Shown: in pieces, positions 35,501 to 43,217 of the stretch | How the letters are laid out: every line of letters begins with the position of its first letter | Position numbering within the stretch: the stretch's first letter is position 1 | Assembly: GCA_018816385.1 (NCBI GenBank) | Contig: JAHIVK010000041.1 | Location: forward strand, 1-46,440 | Direction: 5' to 3' | Origin: Patescibacteria group bacterium | GTDB taxonomy: Bacteria > Patescibacteriota > Microgenomatia > UBA1400 > PJMF01 | DNA length: 46,440 nt | Program-made: the position numbers and the translations under genes | The notes under the pieces: model-generated | The model's database searches: none | Told to the model about the DNA's origin: nothing | The model's input: the letters and a program-made list of their open reading frames with translations, nothing else

Positions 35501-37117
35501 ATCATGAAATACGGCAAGGTGGCTTTGAATGGAGCCATCGCCGGTGGTTTGGGAGGTGGTATTGGTGGAGCTATTTTGGGTGCCAAAGCTGGAGCTTTTG
35601 TGGGGGCATTTTTTGGAGGCATTGGGGCTCCGATTGGGGCTGTGATTGGTGGGGTTGTGGGCGGTATTACTGGCTTGGCGGCTGGCGGAGCTTTAGGTGC
35701 ATTTGGAGCTGTCAAAATAGCTCAAGCTGGTGGTATCTCAATTGGTCCGCCGCTCAAATCGGCCATCCAAACCGTGGGTCAAGCCATTAATCCATCCTCA
35801 CCCAGTGTTCTACCTCAAACCGGATCGGCTATTGATCCATCAGCTACATCGTCAGAAATGCTGGGCAGAACTGGTGGTGAATCAACTACTCAGGCCGGCA
35901 ACACTTTGTCTCAAACTGGTGCCACTCCAGCCCAAGCAGGTTCAACTTCAATTCAAACTGGTACCACTCCAGCTCAAGTCAGCGCCTACAATCAGGCCCT
36001 GCGAGCCAGTGCCACCAATTCTCTGGCTTCATCGCTGGCCGAGGCGGCGGCTAAAGCCCAAGCCGCAGGAGCTTGGGCAGTGGGCAGTGGCATTGCGGTC
36101 AGTTCAACTTTAATTATGGTTGGTTTAATGGTCATGACTTCCGTCTACACCATGTACGTGATTTTTTCTGCTTTTTTAGTCCCCTTGCCCGTGGGTAATT
36201 CCGGCGATAGAAATACATCAGAATCCAAGTACTTAAGCTTAACCAAAGTCGCCAGCCCGACTCAACTGGAAAACAGTCCCAGTGACACCACCATTACCTA
36301 TACAGTGACTGTCAAGCCCAAGCCAGGCTACATTATAGAAATTACCGAACTGTCCGATACTTTTTCATATCAATCTGGAGCTGAAGTCAACTCTCCACCA
36401 ACTCGCAATCCCAACCTGTCTCCCCTCACCATTGGTGACATTATTTTTGACCCGACCGTAGCTGATCCAGCCGACTATGACCCCATGATCAGTCAAATTA
36501 AAATCACTCAATATGAGGTCACACTATCTGGAGGTACCAACACTCAAGTTCAGAATCAACTGTCCATCACTTTTAATGCCTACGCCGCCAACGACCCAAC
36601 TGCCAAAGTGGCCACCGAAACCCAAACTACCATGGCGACCGTTAACATTGGCGATCCTCAAGTTAACTGCTGGCCGGTCTCAGGCACTATTACTCAATTA
36701 CCGTGGGGGAGTTTTTCTCACTCCAATTCTGATGCTTATGACATTGCCGCCCCCATTGGTTCAGATGTCAGAGCTCCTTTTGCTGGAACGCTGTTACCTG
36801 CTAACGTCAACAAAACTACTTATGGCCCCTACCCTGTCTACCTACGCTTTGATGTAAATGGACAAGCGCGAACGCTATTGTTTGGTCACTTAGTGTCTGC
36901 CAATGTTAATTCAACTAATACTGCTGGCATCAGCGTCAGTGTTGGAGATATGATTGGTCAAGTTGGCAACGGAGGTAGTTCGACCGGGCCTCATCTTCAT
37001 TACGCCTTAGTCGGCAGTAGTAAAATTGGCTCTGGTCTTAAACTTAAAGACTTGATTCCTGTCCGAGATGTGAATATTGCTATTGGCGCATCCATATATA
37101 CTTGTTTAAATAGGTAA
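32513..37117 (+). CDS. Giant PrgK-like T4SS cell-wall hydrolase: cytoplasmic coiled-coil region, glycine-zipper/TM segments, beta-rich domain, C-terminal M23 (LytM) peptidase
   Basis: The C-terminus has HSNSDAYDIAAPIGSDV (HxxxD) and GNGGSSTGPHLHYAL (HxH), the M23 signature. GGLGGGIGGAILGAKAGAFVGAFFGGIGAPIGAVIGGVVGGITGLAAGGALGAFG is a glycine zipper. A TM follows (IMVGLMVMTSVYTMYVIFSAFLV). The start is uncertain: TTG 32513 or GTG 32543. Confidence 0.7.
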   Translation: MAGLPAIIRVVANDYFQPPDGSDDSGVQTAGGPPAFGLGDQASTTDGGPSPLPTTVQEPPVMGEQNPDPSGNPPKFIGANLSQIKDIKQLNLQDFNADQLGEFLLTVDHIFDPKLGLRHDQTAIFKTIRQGQKSFLIFDPKNPQPAQKNRDSYLFPSDLARFLIQTAEKTQLLVLAIEAPNPPTGLTQYQTQNWQYYVRQWGHTLEVKQESDDDVVDELSLLSSVSLSQQETLINLLNQAYSFIQGRQAEVKAGKTGDAEIVIKKPTSDAIIGGGKTSHGPGKPASEETGEAGAETQTQDTTPASETVKTADATVKRQLTKVVSYETAWVYNRLLFELFTKQGIDPDQVDPLLLSGLYRSASHELWKQTPSELARLFASPSARQVALQLVYEAIAQDPKLTSLIYFTYTQFKANQTLNLDVDLDDFEADVPVNFDQQLEDELLNAEDSPDKVFEVQLDELLRQVGGVSDNLSPDVNPLIINAKDQVEFLLRTFGVSPKDLVPDRVFKPDVAVEAVELTRALAVIDSLSIRQLWQTIFPQLDVKKIAGVDIERKRLEIDARFAPFKIKLQALIKSYLKVRASELSLENQTWQADQVPVPEEVAEEVVKEAEAQPKLPPHTLGQLNFISLSSNSRAQEEEDEINSKRSPRLSRRGGEKDAEEDTGGRQKRSGHGFDINHKKLAGYIAQYQRAWEFLPFYVKLVAYEKSGLLDTTPLPKSYTKEKLLELTAPQLDELIRQQGDFLVFHEAVFFRAPLEGVMAEARKLSRRNRDDKGVREDDIVSPQAQTAIREAEIARGDFVLAMAKEQEFEAERQARVQTYIKQLGAQRRAQILAVAKAQVVAQIQEQQATIQAHRVALMIYLAETGQQLAEIEAMEFEAQYQELVSQQQATDGAELGDLSINDIVSADAGLDASQGSQKLSLGERLRRKGAGSANARAQKMMAQVAQKKMGEEVALKMLSQAGWQGKAAAFAIKHRKKIATIWGGTIGGLTAFILGQIMKYGKVALNGAIAGGLGGGIGGAILGAKAGAFVGAFFGGIGAPIGAVIGGVVGGITGLAAGGALGAFGAVKIAQAGGISIGPPLKSAIQTVGQAINPSSPSVLPQTGSAIDPSATSSEMLGRTGGESTTQAGNTLSQTGATPAQAGSTSIQTGTTPAQVSAYNQALRASATNSLASSLAEAAAKAQAAGAWAVGSGIAVSSTLIMVGLMVMTSVYTMYVIFSAFLVPLPVGNSGDRNTSESKYLSLTKVASPTQLENSPSDTTITYTVTVKPKPGYIIEITELSDTFSYQSGAEVNSPPTRNPNLSPLTIGDIIFDPTVADPADYDPMISQIKITQYEVTLSGGTNTQVQNQLSITFNAYAANDPTAKVATETQTTMATVNIGDPQVNCWPVSGTITQLPWGSFSHSNSDAYDIAAPIGSDVRAPFAGTLLPANVNKTTYGPYPVYLRFDVNGQARTLLFGHLVSANVNSTNTAGISVSVGDMIGQVGNGGSSTGPHLHYALVGSSKIGSGLKLKDLIPVRDVNIAIGASIYTCLNR

Positions 37118-37119
37118 CA

Positions 37120-38067
37120 ATGAAAATCAAACTGACCAAGTGGCAAAAATTTTCCTTCTGGCTGATACTGGCCACCATCATTGGTTTGGTCTTCAAATCC
37201 CTAACTCCCCAGTCAACCCCCGAGTCAAACCCTCAACTGGCTAGCGTGGGCGGGGTCCAAACTCAAGTCAAGCAACTGAGTTATCAAGGACTTGAGCCAA
37301 CTATTCCAGAAAAATTAAGCGCTGGCCAAGCCACTCTCATTAAGACTGATGGATTGTTGGCTATGCTTTTAGATAAGTTTAGTTTGTCTGTTAATTTAGA
37401 CAGCCCCAATCTTTGGGTGGGAGACGAGTACTCACTCTTTTTTGACAAAGTCCAAAGTATCTATGGCTTGAGCTTAAACTTGCCTCAGCCTGTTTCTGCT
37501 CAACTCAATTCAGCCGAGTTATCCAGTCAAGCTGAACAGTTAGTAAGTCAGCTTTTACCTCAAACAAACTTGGTGATTGATCAAACAAAAACCAGATACT
37601 TAACTGGTCAATATCAACAAAAAGAAGTGGCTGAAAGTTTGGCTGAATATATGGAGTTGTCCTTCTTTCAAAAGTTTCAAGATTTCCCTGTCTACAACCA
37701 AGCCTCTCTTCGCCCCTCAGTCTTAGTATTAATGGATGCCAATGGCCAAATCACTAAATTGGAGGTGTCAACCCAACTATTTACTATTGCCCCGCCCAGC
37801 GATCAAACGCCAATTAGCCTTGATCGGGCTCAAGCCAATATTGAGCAAGGCAATGCCAGTTTGCTTGACCTGGAAACAAACAGTCTACAAACTATTGATC
37901 GATCCAAGTTTGCGTCAGGCCAACTCTACGAAGTTCAAATTGAGTACAGGGTGGACAAACAACTGTTAGTCAAACCCTTTTATCGATTTTCCGGCAATTT
38001 AGTGACCACGGGTGGTCAAACAGTTCAAGCTGAAATTATTACTCCCTCTACCCTGGATTCCCCCTAG
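37120..38067 (+). CDS. Membrane-anchored hypothetical protein (bitopic); T4SS-associated by position
   Basis: An N-terminal TM (FSFWLILATIIGLVF) is followed by a ~280-aa soluble domain. The start is 2 nt after the giant gene's stop. The last codons and the stop lie inside a GC-rich repeat unit (38055-). Confidence 0.5.
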   Translation: MKIKLTKWQKFSFWLILATIIGLVFKSLTPQSTPESNPQLASVGGVQTQVKQLSYQGLEPTIPEKLSAGQATLIKTDGLLAMLLDKFSLSVNLDSPNLWVGDEYSLFFDKVQSIYGLSLNLPQPVSAQLNSAELSSQAEQLVSQLLPQTNLVIDQTKTRYLTGQYQQKEVAESLAEYMELSFFQKFQDFPVYNQASLRPSVLVLMDANGQITKLEVSTQLFTIAPPSDQTPISLDRAQANIEQGNASLLDLETNSLQTIDRSKFASGQLYEVQIEYRVDKQLLVKPFYRFSGNLVTTGGQTVQAEIITPSTLDSP

Positions 38068-38136
38068 CGCGGGAATGACAAGTGGCGCGGGAAAGACATG
38101 GACACTGTCATTCTTCGACCGCAGGGAGGAGAATCC
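38055..38136. repeat. GC-rich palindromic hairpin units overlapping the 3' end of CDS 37120-38067
   Basis: GGATTCCCCCTAGCGCGGGAATGAC ... GTCATTCTTCGACCGCAGGGAGGAGAATCC. The stop codon TAG at 38065-38067 is inside the first unit. Confidence 0.8.
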
Positions 38137-38400
38137 ATTAAATTCCTGTGTGTTTTAAATGCATCAAACTTCTTGAGAAATAATGGAAACGATAAAATGG
38201 CAATTGTCCTAGGATGACATAAGTTTAAGTTTTTATTTCGAAAGAAGTTTGATGCATTTCATAGACAAACGCTTTCCACAGTGTTTAAATAATTGACGAT
38301 TTGGTCTGTCGATCAGGTAATAAAATCTGCTAGAATGAGTTTGTCATTAAGCTTGCAGTAAAGTTCAACAGCTTTGCTGTGGATTATATGTAGACTGCCC

Positions 38401-39540
38401 ATGAGAGAACATCCCATTCCCCAAGACATCACTGGTTACCGCTTCCATATTGTGGGTAATATGACCCTCAAGCAATTTGCTGAGGTCGGCGCGGGTTGTA
38501 TCGTGGCCATTATCTTATATAAGACTGGACTACCGGATTTCATCAAGTGGCCAATGGTGGTTTTTTCCTTTGGTTTAGGAGCACTGGCAGCTTTTGTACC
38601 CATCGAAGAAAGACCAATTGACCATTGGATTGCAACGTTCATCAGCATTATGTATAAACCTACTCAGTATTTTTGGAAAAGAATACCATTTATTCCCTCA
38701 GCTTTTGCTTATCAAACCGAAACTGTAACTCAACCACTGCCCGCCGAAGTTGACCTGTCTCCAGCGCGTCGCCATCGGGTCAAAGAGTTTATGGCTTCAA
38801 TTCAAGCCGTTGGTTTCAATCGATACGACCTTGACCAATCAGAAAAAGCCCAAATTGGCGCCATATTAAATTTATTTGGTCAAACCCAAGTGGTTGTTAA
38901 CCAGACTAAACCCAAGGTGGTGAAACCTCAGCTTGACGTCAGAGTCCGAAAACTGGGCAAGCTTGATCGATCGCGCCATAGTTCGGACAAAATGTTTGAG
39001 GCCGCCATCATTATGGATCAATCCGACAAAAAGCGCCAAGCCAAACCCAAAAAAGCCGGCATGACCACTAGCCAAATTGCCAAGCAAATTACCATCCCAA
39101 TCACCCCCAATCTTGATATTGAAGCCGAACCGATCAGTGATGAAGAGCTAGCCATCTCTCATCGTCAAGCGGATGATGGAGACAGAGCTTACATTCAAAA
39201 TCAACCTCAAGATCAACTTGATACCAATCAAGCCAAGTCGGCTCTTTTCAATGCCAGCCTACCATTTCCCACCGCCCCCACCGAACCCAACAAATTGGTT
39301 GGCATGGTGCTGACTCCTCGCAACGAATTAATTCCTGGAGCGATTATTGAAGTTAAAACTTTAGATGGCCATACGACTCGAGCAGTTAAATCAAACGCCT
39401 TGGGCCAATTCTACGTGACCACCCCATTGAAAAATGGTCAATACGTAGTGGAAATTGAAAAAGATGGCTTTAAATTTGAACCGCAGAAACTTGAAGTGGC
39501 GGGTAAAAATCTTCAACCAATGGAGGTGAGAAGTGTTTAA
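38401..39540 (+). CDS. PrgI-family (VirB3-like) membrane protein fused to a C-terminal carboxypeptidase-regulatory-like beta-sandwich
   Basis: MREHPIPQDITGYRFHIVGNMTLKQFAEVGAGCIVAIILY plus a second TM fits the PrgI pattern. The C-terminus is GMVLTPRNELIPGAIIEVKTLDGHTTRAVKSNALGQFYVTTPLKNGQYVVEIEKDGF. I prefer ATG 38401 over the upstream TTG 38374. Confidence 0.65.
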   Translation: MREHPIPQDITGYRFHIVGNMTLKQFAEVGAGCIVAIILYKTGLPDFIKWPMVVFSFGLGALAAFVPIEERPIDHWIATFISIMYKPTQYFWKRIPFIPSAFAYQTETVTQPLPAEVDLSPARRHRVKEFMASIQAVGFNRYDLDQSEKAQIGAILNLFGQTQVVVNQTKPKVVKPQLDVRVRKLGKLDRSRHSSDKMFEAAIIMDQSDKKRQAKPKKAGMTTSQIAKQITIPITPNLDIEAEPISDEELAISHRQADDGDRAYIQNQPQDQLDTNQAKSALFNASLPFPTAPTEPNKLVGMVLTPRNELIPGAIIEVKTLDGHTTRAVKSNALGQFYVTTPLKNGQYVVEIEKDGFKFEPQKLEVAGKNLQPMEVRSV

Positions 39541-39600
39541 TCTTCGTCTCAATTGCGCCAACCCAGCTCCAATTGCGCTACCCCTGTCAACTCAGGTAAG

Positions 39601-40983
39601 ATGGAATGGATTGATCGCAACATGAAAAACACCACATCAGACTCCACCACTCAGCAATTTTTAGATATCTACAACATCACTAATGACATCGTGATTATGA
39701 AAGATGGTTCGGTGTCCATGTTGTTGACAGTTGATGCCATGAATTTTGGTTTACTGGCCGAAGAGGAACAAGACGCCGTCATGTATGCTTACGCCGGACT
39801 TTTAAACTCCCTAAATTATCCAATTCAAGTGGTGATTAGTTCTCACACCAAAGACGTGACTAAGTACTTAGATTTGCTCAAATCTCAAGAGGAGCAAACT
39901 AGTAATCAGTTAATGAGGCAGAGGATCAAAACCTATCGTCAATTTGTGGCCAATTTAATTAAAGAGCGCAACGTGTTGGACAAAAAGTTTTATGTGGCCA
40001 TTCCGGCCAGTGGGCTAGAACTAGGGTTTATTTCTGCTAAATCATTTGTGCCTGGTCAACAAGGCGGATTTGATATTGGCACTATTGAAACAAATGTGAT
40101 CGTCGAAAAAGCTCACAACCTGCTGGAGCCCAGGCGAGATCACCTCATCACTCAATTTGCCAGAATCGGTCTTTATGCCAAGCAACTCACCACTCAAGAA
40201 ATTATTCAGCTGTTTTACATCAGCTACAATCCAGAAGCCGCCGAAGGTCAACTAATTGCCGATAGTAATAATTACACTAGTCCTTTAGTAACTGCTAGTA
40301 TAGAGAAAGATTTTATGCTCAATGCCACCCCCTCTTCCCAAGGTACAAATGTTGGAACCGGATCCAGTCCTACGCCTGCGACTATTGATCAGACACAGGA
40401 GGTTGTCGATCAAACACCCGCTTCAACCCCGCCCAGCCCTATCCCAACTCCATCGATTGAGACTCCCACCGCCGATCTCCCAACTGCCAATCCTTTTTCT
40501 CAACCCCCAACTTCCTCAATTCCAGTTGGTTCAACTCCTCAGGATGCAGGCTTAGATTTGCCACCCCAAGCCATGCCACCTGCTCCCCAATTACCAACTA
40601 CTCCCACACCTCCAGCGGAAATGAGCAGTCCAATTGCGCCTCCAACGCCCATGTCTCCAGATTTCCCAATCAGCGCGCCCGATCCACTCGTGACCACGCC
40701 GTTACCCGCAACCCCCACTCCACCACCAATCACGGACGCTGGTGTCCAAGCAGAAATTAACCAAGTGGTTGACCAATTTAATGTGGCTCCGGATGTGACG
40801 ATACCCACTGCCCCATCAGAATCAAGCAACCAATCAGAACCAATCAATGTGGCAGAAGTTCCCGCTGTAGACAGTCAGATTGCCGACCAAAAAATTGGAC
40901 AGGTCAGTGCTCAACCGCCAGTAGTAGAAAAACCGGCATCAGGAATGGCGCAAAGCACTCCGCCACCCATTCCCGAGCTCTAA
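39601..40983 (+). CDS. VirB4 N-terminal-domain-like protein lacking the ATPase, with a ~200-aa Pro/Thr/Ser-rich tail
   Basis: FLDIYNITNDIVIMKDGSVSMLLTVDAMNFGLLAEEEQDAVMYAYAGLLNSLNYPIQVVISSHTKDVTKYL parallels the N-domain of the following VirB4 (IQDIIAPEAIEVDF...YTRTLFVAGYP...WLSPLINFPHQVSIAMFMYP). There is no Walker motif. I prefer ATG 39601 over TTG 39553. Confidence 0.55.
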   Translation: MEWIDRNMKNTTSDSTTQQFLDIYNITNDIVIMKDGSVSMLLTVDAMNFGLLAEEEQDAVMYAYAGLLNSLNYPIQVVISSHTKDVTKYLDLLKSQEEQTSNQLMRQRIKTYRQFVANLIKERNVLDKKFYVAIPASGLELGFISAKSFVPGQQGGFDIGTIETNVIVEKAHNLLEPRRDHLITQFARIGLYAKQLTTQEIIQLFYISYNPEAAEGQLIADSNNYTSPLVTASIEKDFMLNATPSSQGTNVGTGSSPTPATIDQTQEVVDQTPASTPPSPIPTPSIETPTADLPTANPFSQPPTSSIPVGSTPQDAGLDLPPQAMPPAPQLPTTPTPPAEMSSPIAPPTPMSPDFPISAPDPLVTTPLPATPTPPPITDAGVQAEINQVVDQFNVAPDVTIPTAPSESSNQSEPINVAEVPAVDSQIADQKIGQVSAQPPVVEKPASGMAQSTPPPIPEL

Positions 40984-40998
40984 ACACATAACGTAGCC

Positions 40999-43053
40999 AT
41001 GCCCAACTTACTTAATAAGCTACCATTTTTCCCCAAAAAACCTGACCCAACTCAGGTGACTCCGGAAGAACTTAGGCAACAAAAAGAGCTGGAGAAGGTT
41101 AAGGAATTTTCTAGGGGCTTGGTCACCATTCAAGACATTATCGCCCCCGAAGCTATTGAAGTTGATTTTACTTTTCAGAAAATTAATTCAACTTATACTC
41201 GAACTCTATTTGTGGCCGGTTACCCCAGAAGTGTGCCGGCTAACTGGCTGTCACCCCTGATCAACTTCCCCCATCAGGTCTCGATCGCCATGTTCATGTA
41301 CCCAACCGATTCAACAGAAATTCTCAACAACCTCAAGCGCAAAATTACCGAGATGGAGGCCGAAATTCAGTCCGATTTAAGGGCGGGCAAAATCAGCAAT
41401 ATCAACACCGAGGTCAAATTGGAAGATGCCCGCTACATCAGAGAGGATTTGGCCAAAGGTGCGGAGCGCTTTTTCCAGTTTGGGCTATACATAACTATTC
41501 AGGCCAAAGATAAGGACGAGCTAGACAAGGTCACTCAAGCCATTCAATCAAGTTTGGGAGCGCTCCTGATTGTTTCCAAAAAAGCCACTCTCCAAATGGA
41601 TGAGGGCTTCAAAACCACCCTGCCCATGGGTATCGACAAACTCTTGATCACTCGCAACATGGACACCACCAGTTTGGCCACCACTTTTCCTTTTACTTCT
41701 TCCGAACTGACCATGGAGTCGGGCATTATGTATGGCATCAACGAACATAATGACTCATTGGTAATTTTTGATCGCTTTAAGATGGAAAACGCCAACATGG
41801 TCATTTTTGCCAAATCTGGAGCCGGTAAATCCTATGCTGTGAAATTGGAAATTCTCCGCCAACTCATGTTTGGTGTAGAAATTATTGTCATGGATGCTGA
41901 ACGCGAGTATGAAGAATTAACCAAAGCTGTGGGTGGTCAATACATTAACTTCACTTTTGGTTCGGATGCCAAAATCAATCCTTTTGATTTATCAACAGTT
42001 TACGAAGAGGGAGAAAATGAGTTGGGTCAAAAAATCATCTCCATTCATGGCTTATTAAAAGTCATGTTGGGTCAGATGACTCCCCAACAAGAAGCTATGC
42101 TGGATCGATCTTTGGTAGCCACGTATAAGGCCAAAGGCATTACGCCCGACCCCGCCAGCCAAACTAATATCGCCCCTCTAATGGAAGATTTGTATAAAGC
42201 TTTAATTGGTATGGAAAATGATGAAGCAGATGATGTGGCCGCTCGACTAGAAAAATTCATTACTGGCTCGTTTAGAGGCATCTTTGATCAAGCCTCAAAC
42301 ATCAATATTCAAAGTCAACTAACCATTTTTTCTGTTAAAGAAATGGAAGAAGGCATGCGACCCATTGCTATGTATGTAATTCTGGATTTCATTTGGACTA
42401 GAATTAAAAAGGATTTAAAGAAGCGAATTTTGGTCATTGATGAGGCGTGGTACTTTATGAAGCACCCCGATTCGGCATCCTTTATTCACTCTATGGTCAA
42501 GAGAGCTCGTAAATACTTTTTAGGCATTACCACTATCACTCAAGACGTGGAAGATTTCCTTCACAACGACTACGGCAAAGCCATTGTTACCAACTCCTCA
42601 ATCCAACTATTAATGAAACAATCAACTGCCTCAATTCCAGTTTTGGCCGAAACATTTTATTTGTCTCAAGGAGAGCGTCAGTTATTAGTCACTTCTGATA
42701 TTGGCGAGGGCATCTTTTTTGCTGGCCAAAATCACGTAGCCCTCAGAGTGGTGGCTAGTGACGAAGAACACCAATTGATTACCACCGATCCAGAAGAATT
42801 AGTTAGGCGCAAACAAGAGCAACAAGCAGAATTAGAGCTGGTTCAACCAATTGCTCCCCCGATCATGCCTCCAACCAATTTGCCCGAATCGCCAGAGTCG
42901 CCCAATTCGCCCGAATCGCCCATAGAAACTGATGACCCACCAGCCGATCAAAGCCACAATCAAAGCTCGGGTTTAGATCTCGATGCCCAACCCGCTCGCT
43001 ATATAAATTCAGCCACTATTGACGACTACCAACCACCCTCGGGTCAAAAATGA
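40999..43053 (+). CDS. VirB4/TrsE/PrgJ-family T4SS ATPase
   Basis: Walker A is FAKSGAGKSYAVK and Walker B is RILVIDEAWYFM, followed by GITTITQDVEDF and typical N-domain. The C-terminal Pro-rich tail contains a 9-bp tandem repeat (42883-42921, PESPESPNSPESP). Confidence 0.9.
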   Translation: MPNLLNKLPFFPKKPDPTQVTPEELRQQKELEKVKEFSRGLVTIQDIIAPEAIEVDFTFQKINSTYTRTLFVAGYPRSVPANWLSPLINFPHQVSIAMFMYPTDSTEILNNLKRKITEMEAEIQSDLRAGKISNINTEVKLEDARYIREDLAKGAERFFQFGLYITIQAKDKDELDKVTQAIQSSLGALLIVSKKATLQMDEGFKTTLPMGIDKLLITRNMDTTSLATTFPFTSSELTMESGIMYGINEHNDSLVIFDRFKMENANMVIFAKSGAGKSYAVKLEILRQLMFGVEIIVMDAEREYEELTKAVGGQYINFTFGSDAKINPFDLSTVYEEGENELGQKIISIHGLLKVMLGQMTPQQEAMLDRSLVATYKAKGITPDPASQTNIAPLMEDLYKALIGMENDEADDVAARLEKFITGSFRGIFDQASNINIQSQLTIFSVKEMEEGMRPIAMYVILDFIWTRIKKDLKKRILVIDEAWYFMKHPDSASFIHSMVKRARKYFLGITTITQDVEDFLHNDYGKAIVTNSSIQLLMKQSTASIPVLAETFYLSQGERQLLVTSDIGEGIFFAGQNHVALRVVASDEEHQLITTDPEELVRRKQEQQAELELVQPIAPPIMPPTNLPESPESPNSPESPIETDDPPADQSHNQSSGLDLDAQPARYINSATIDDYQPPSGQK

Positions 43054-43132
43054 CTTGAGGTGAGTTTGGCTGAATCGGTCAAAACTGCCCCTTGCCAAGT
43101 GTGAAAAAGTCTGTGTATAACTTAGGCACATT

Positions 43133-43200
43133 GTCATCCTCGCGCAACGGGGAATGACAATTCGCCCGTCATCCTCCCCGCCCAGGCGGGGGGGGGATCC
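43133..43200. repeat. Two GC-rich palindromic hairpin units immediately upstream of dnaA
   Basis: GTCATCCTCGCGCAACGGGGAATGAC and GTCATCCTCCCCGCCCAGGCGGGGGGGGGATCC. The second includes a 9-G run at 43188-43196. Confidence 0.85.
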
Positions 43201-43217
43201 AGGGAAAGAAGTCTATT

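Noticed and set aside
42883-42921. Four tandem 9-bp units (CCCGAATCG-like) in the VirB4 tail, considered as a phase-variation switch
   Set aside because: The unit length is a multiple of three, so copy-number changes would only lengthen or shorten the Pro-Glu-Ser tail and would not switch the gene on or off.
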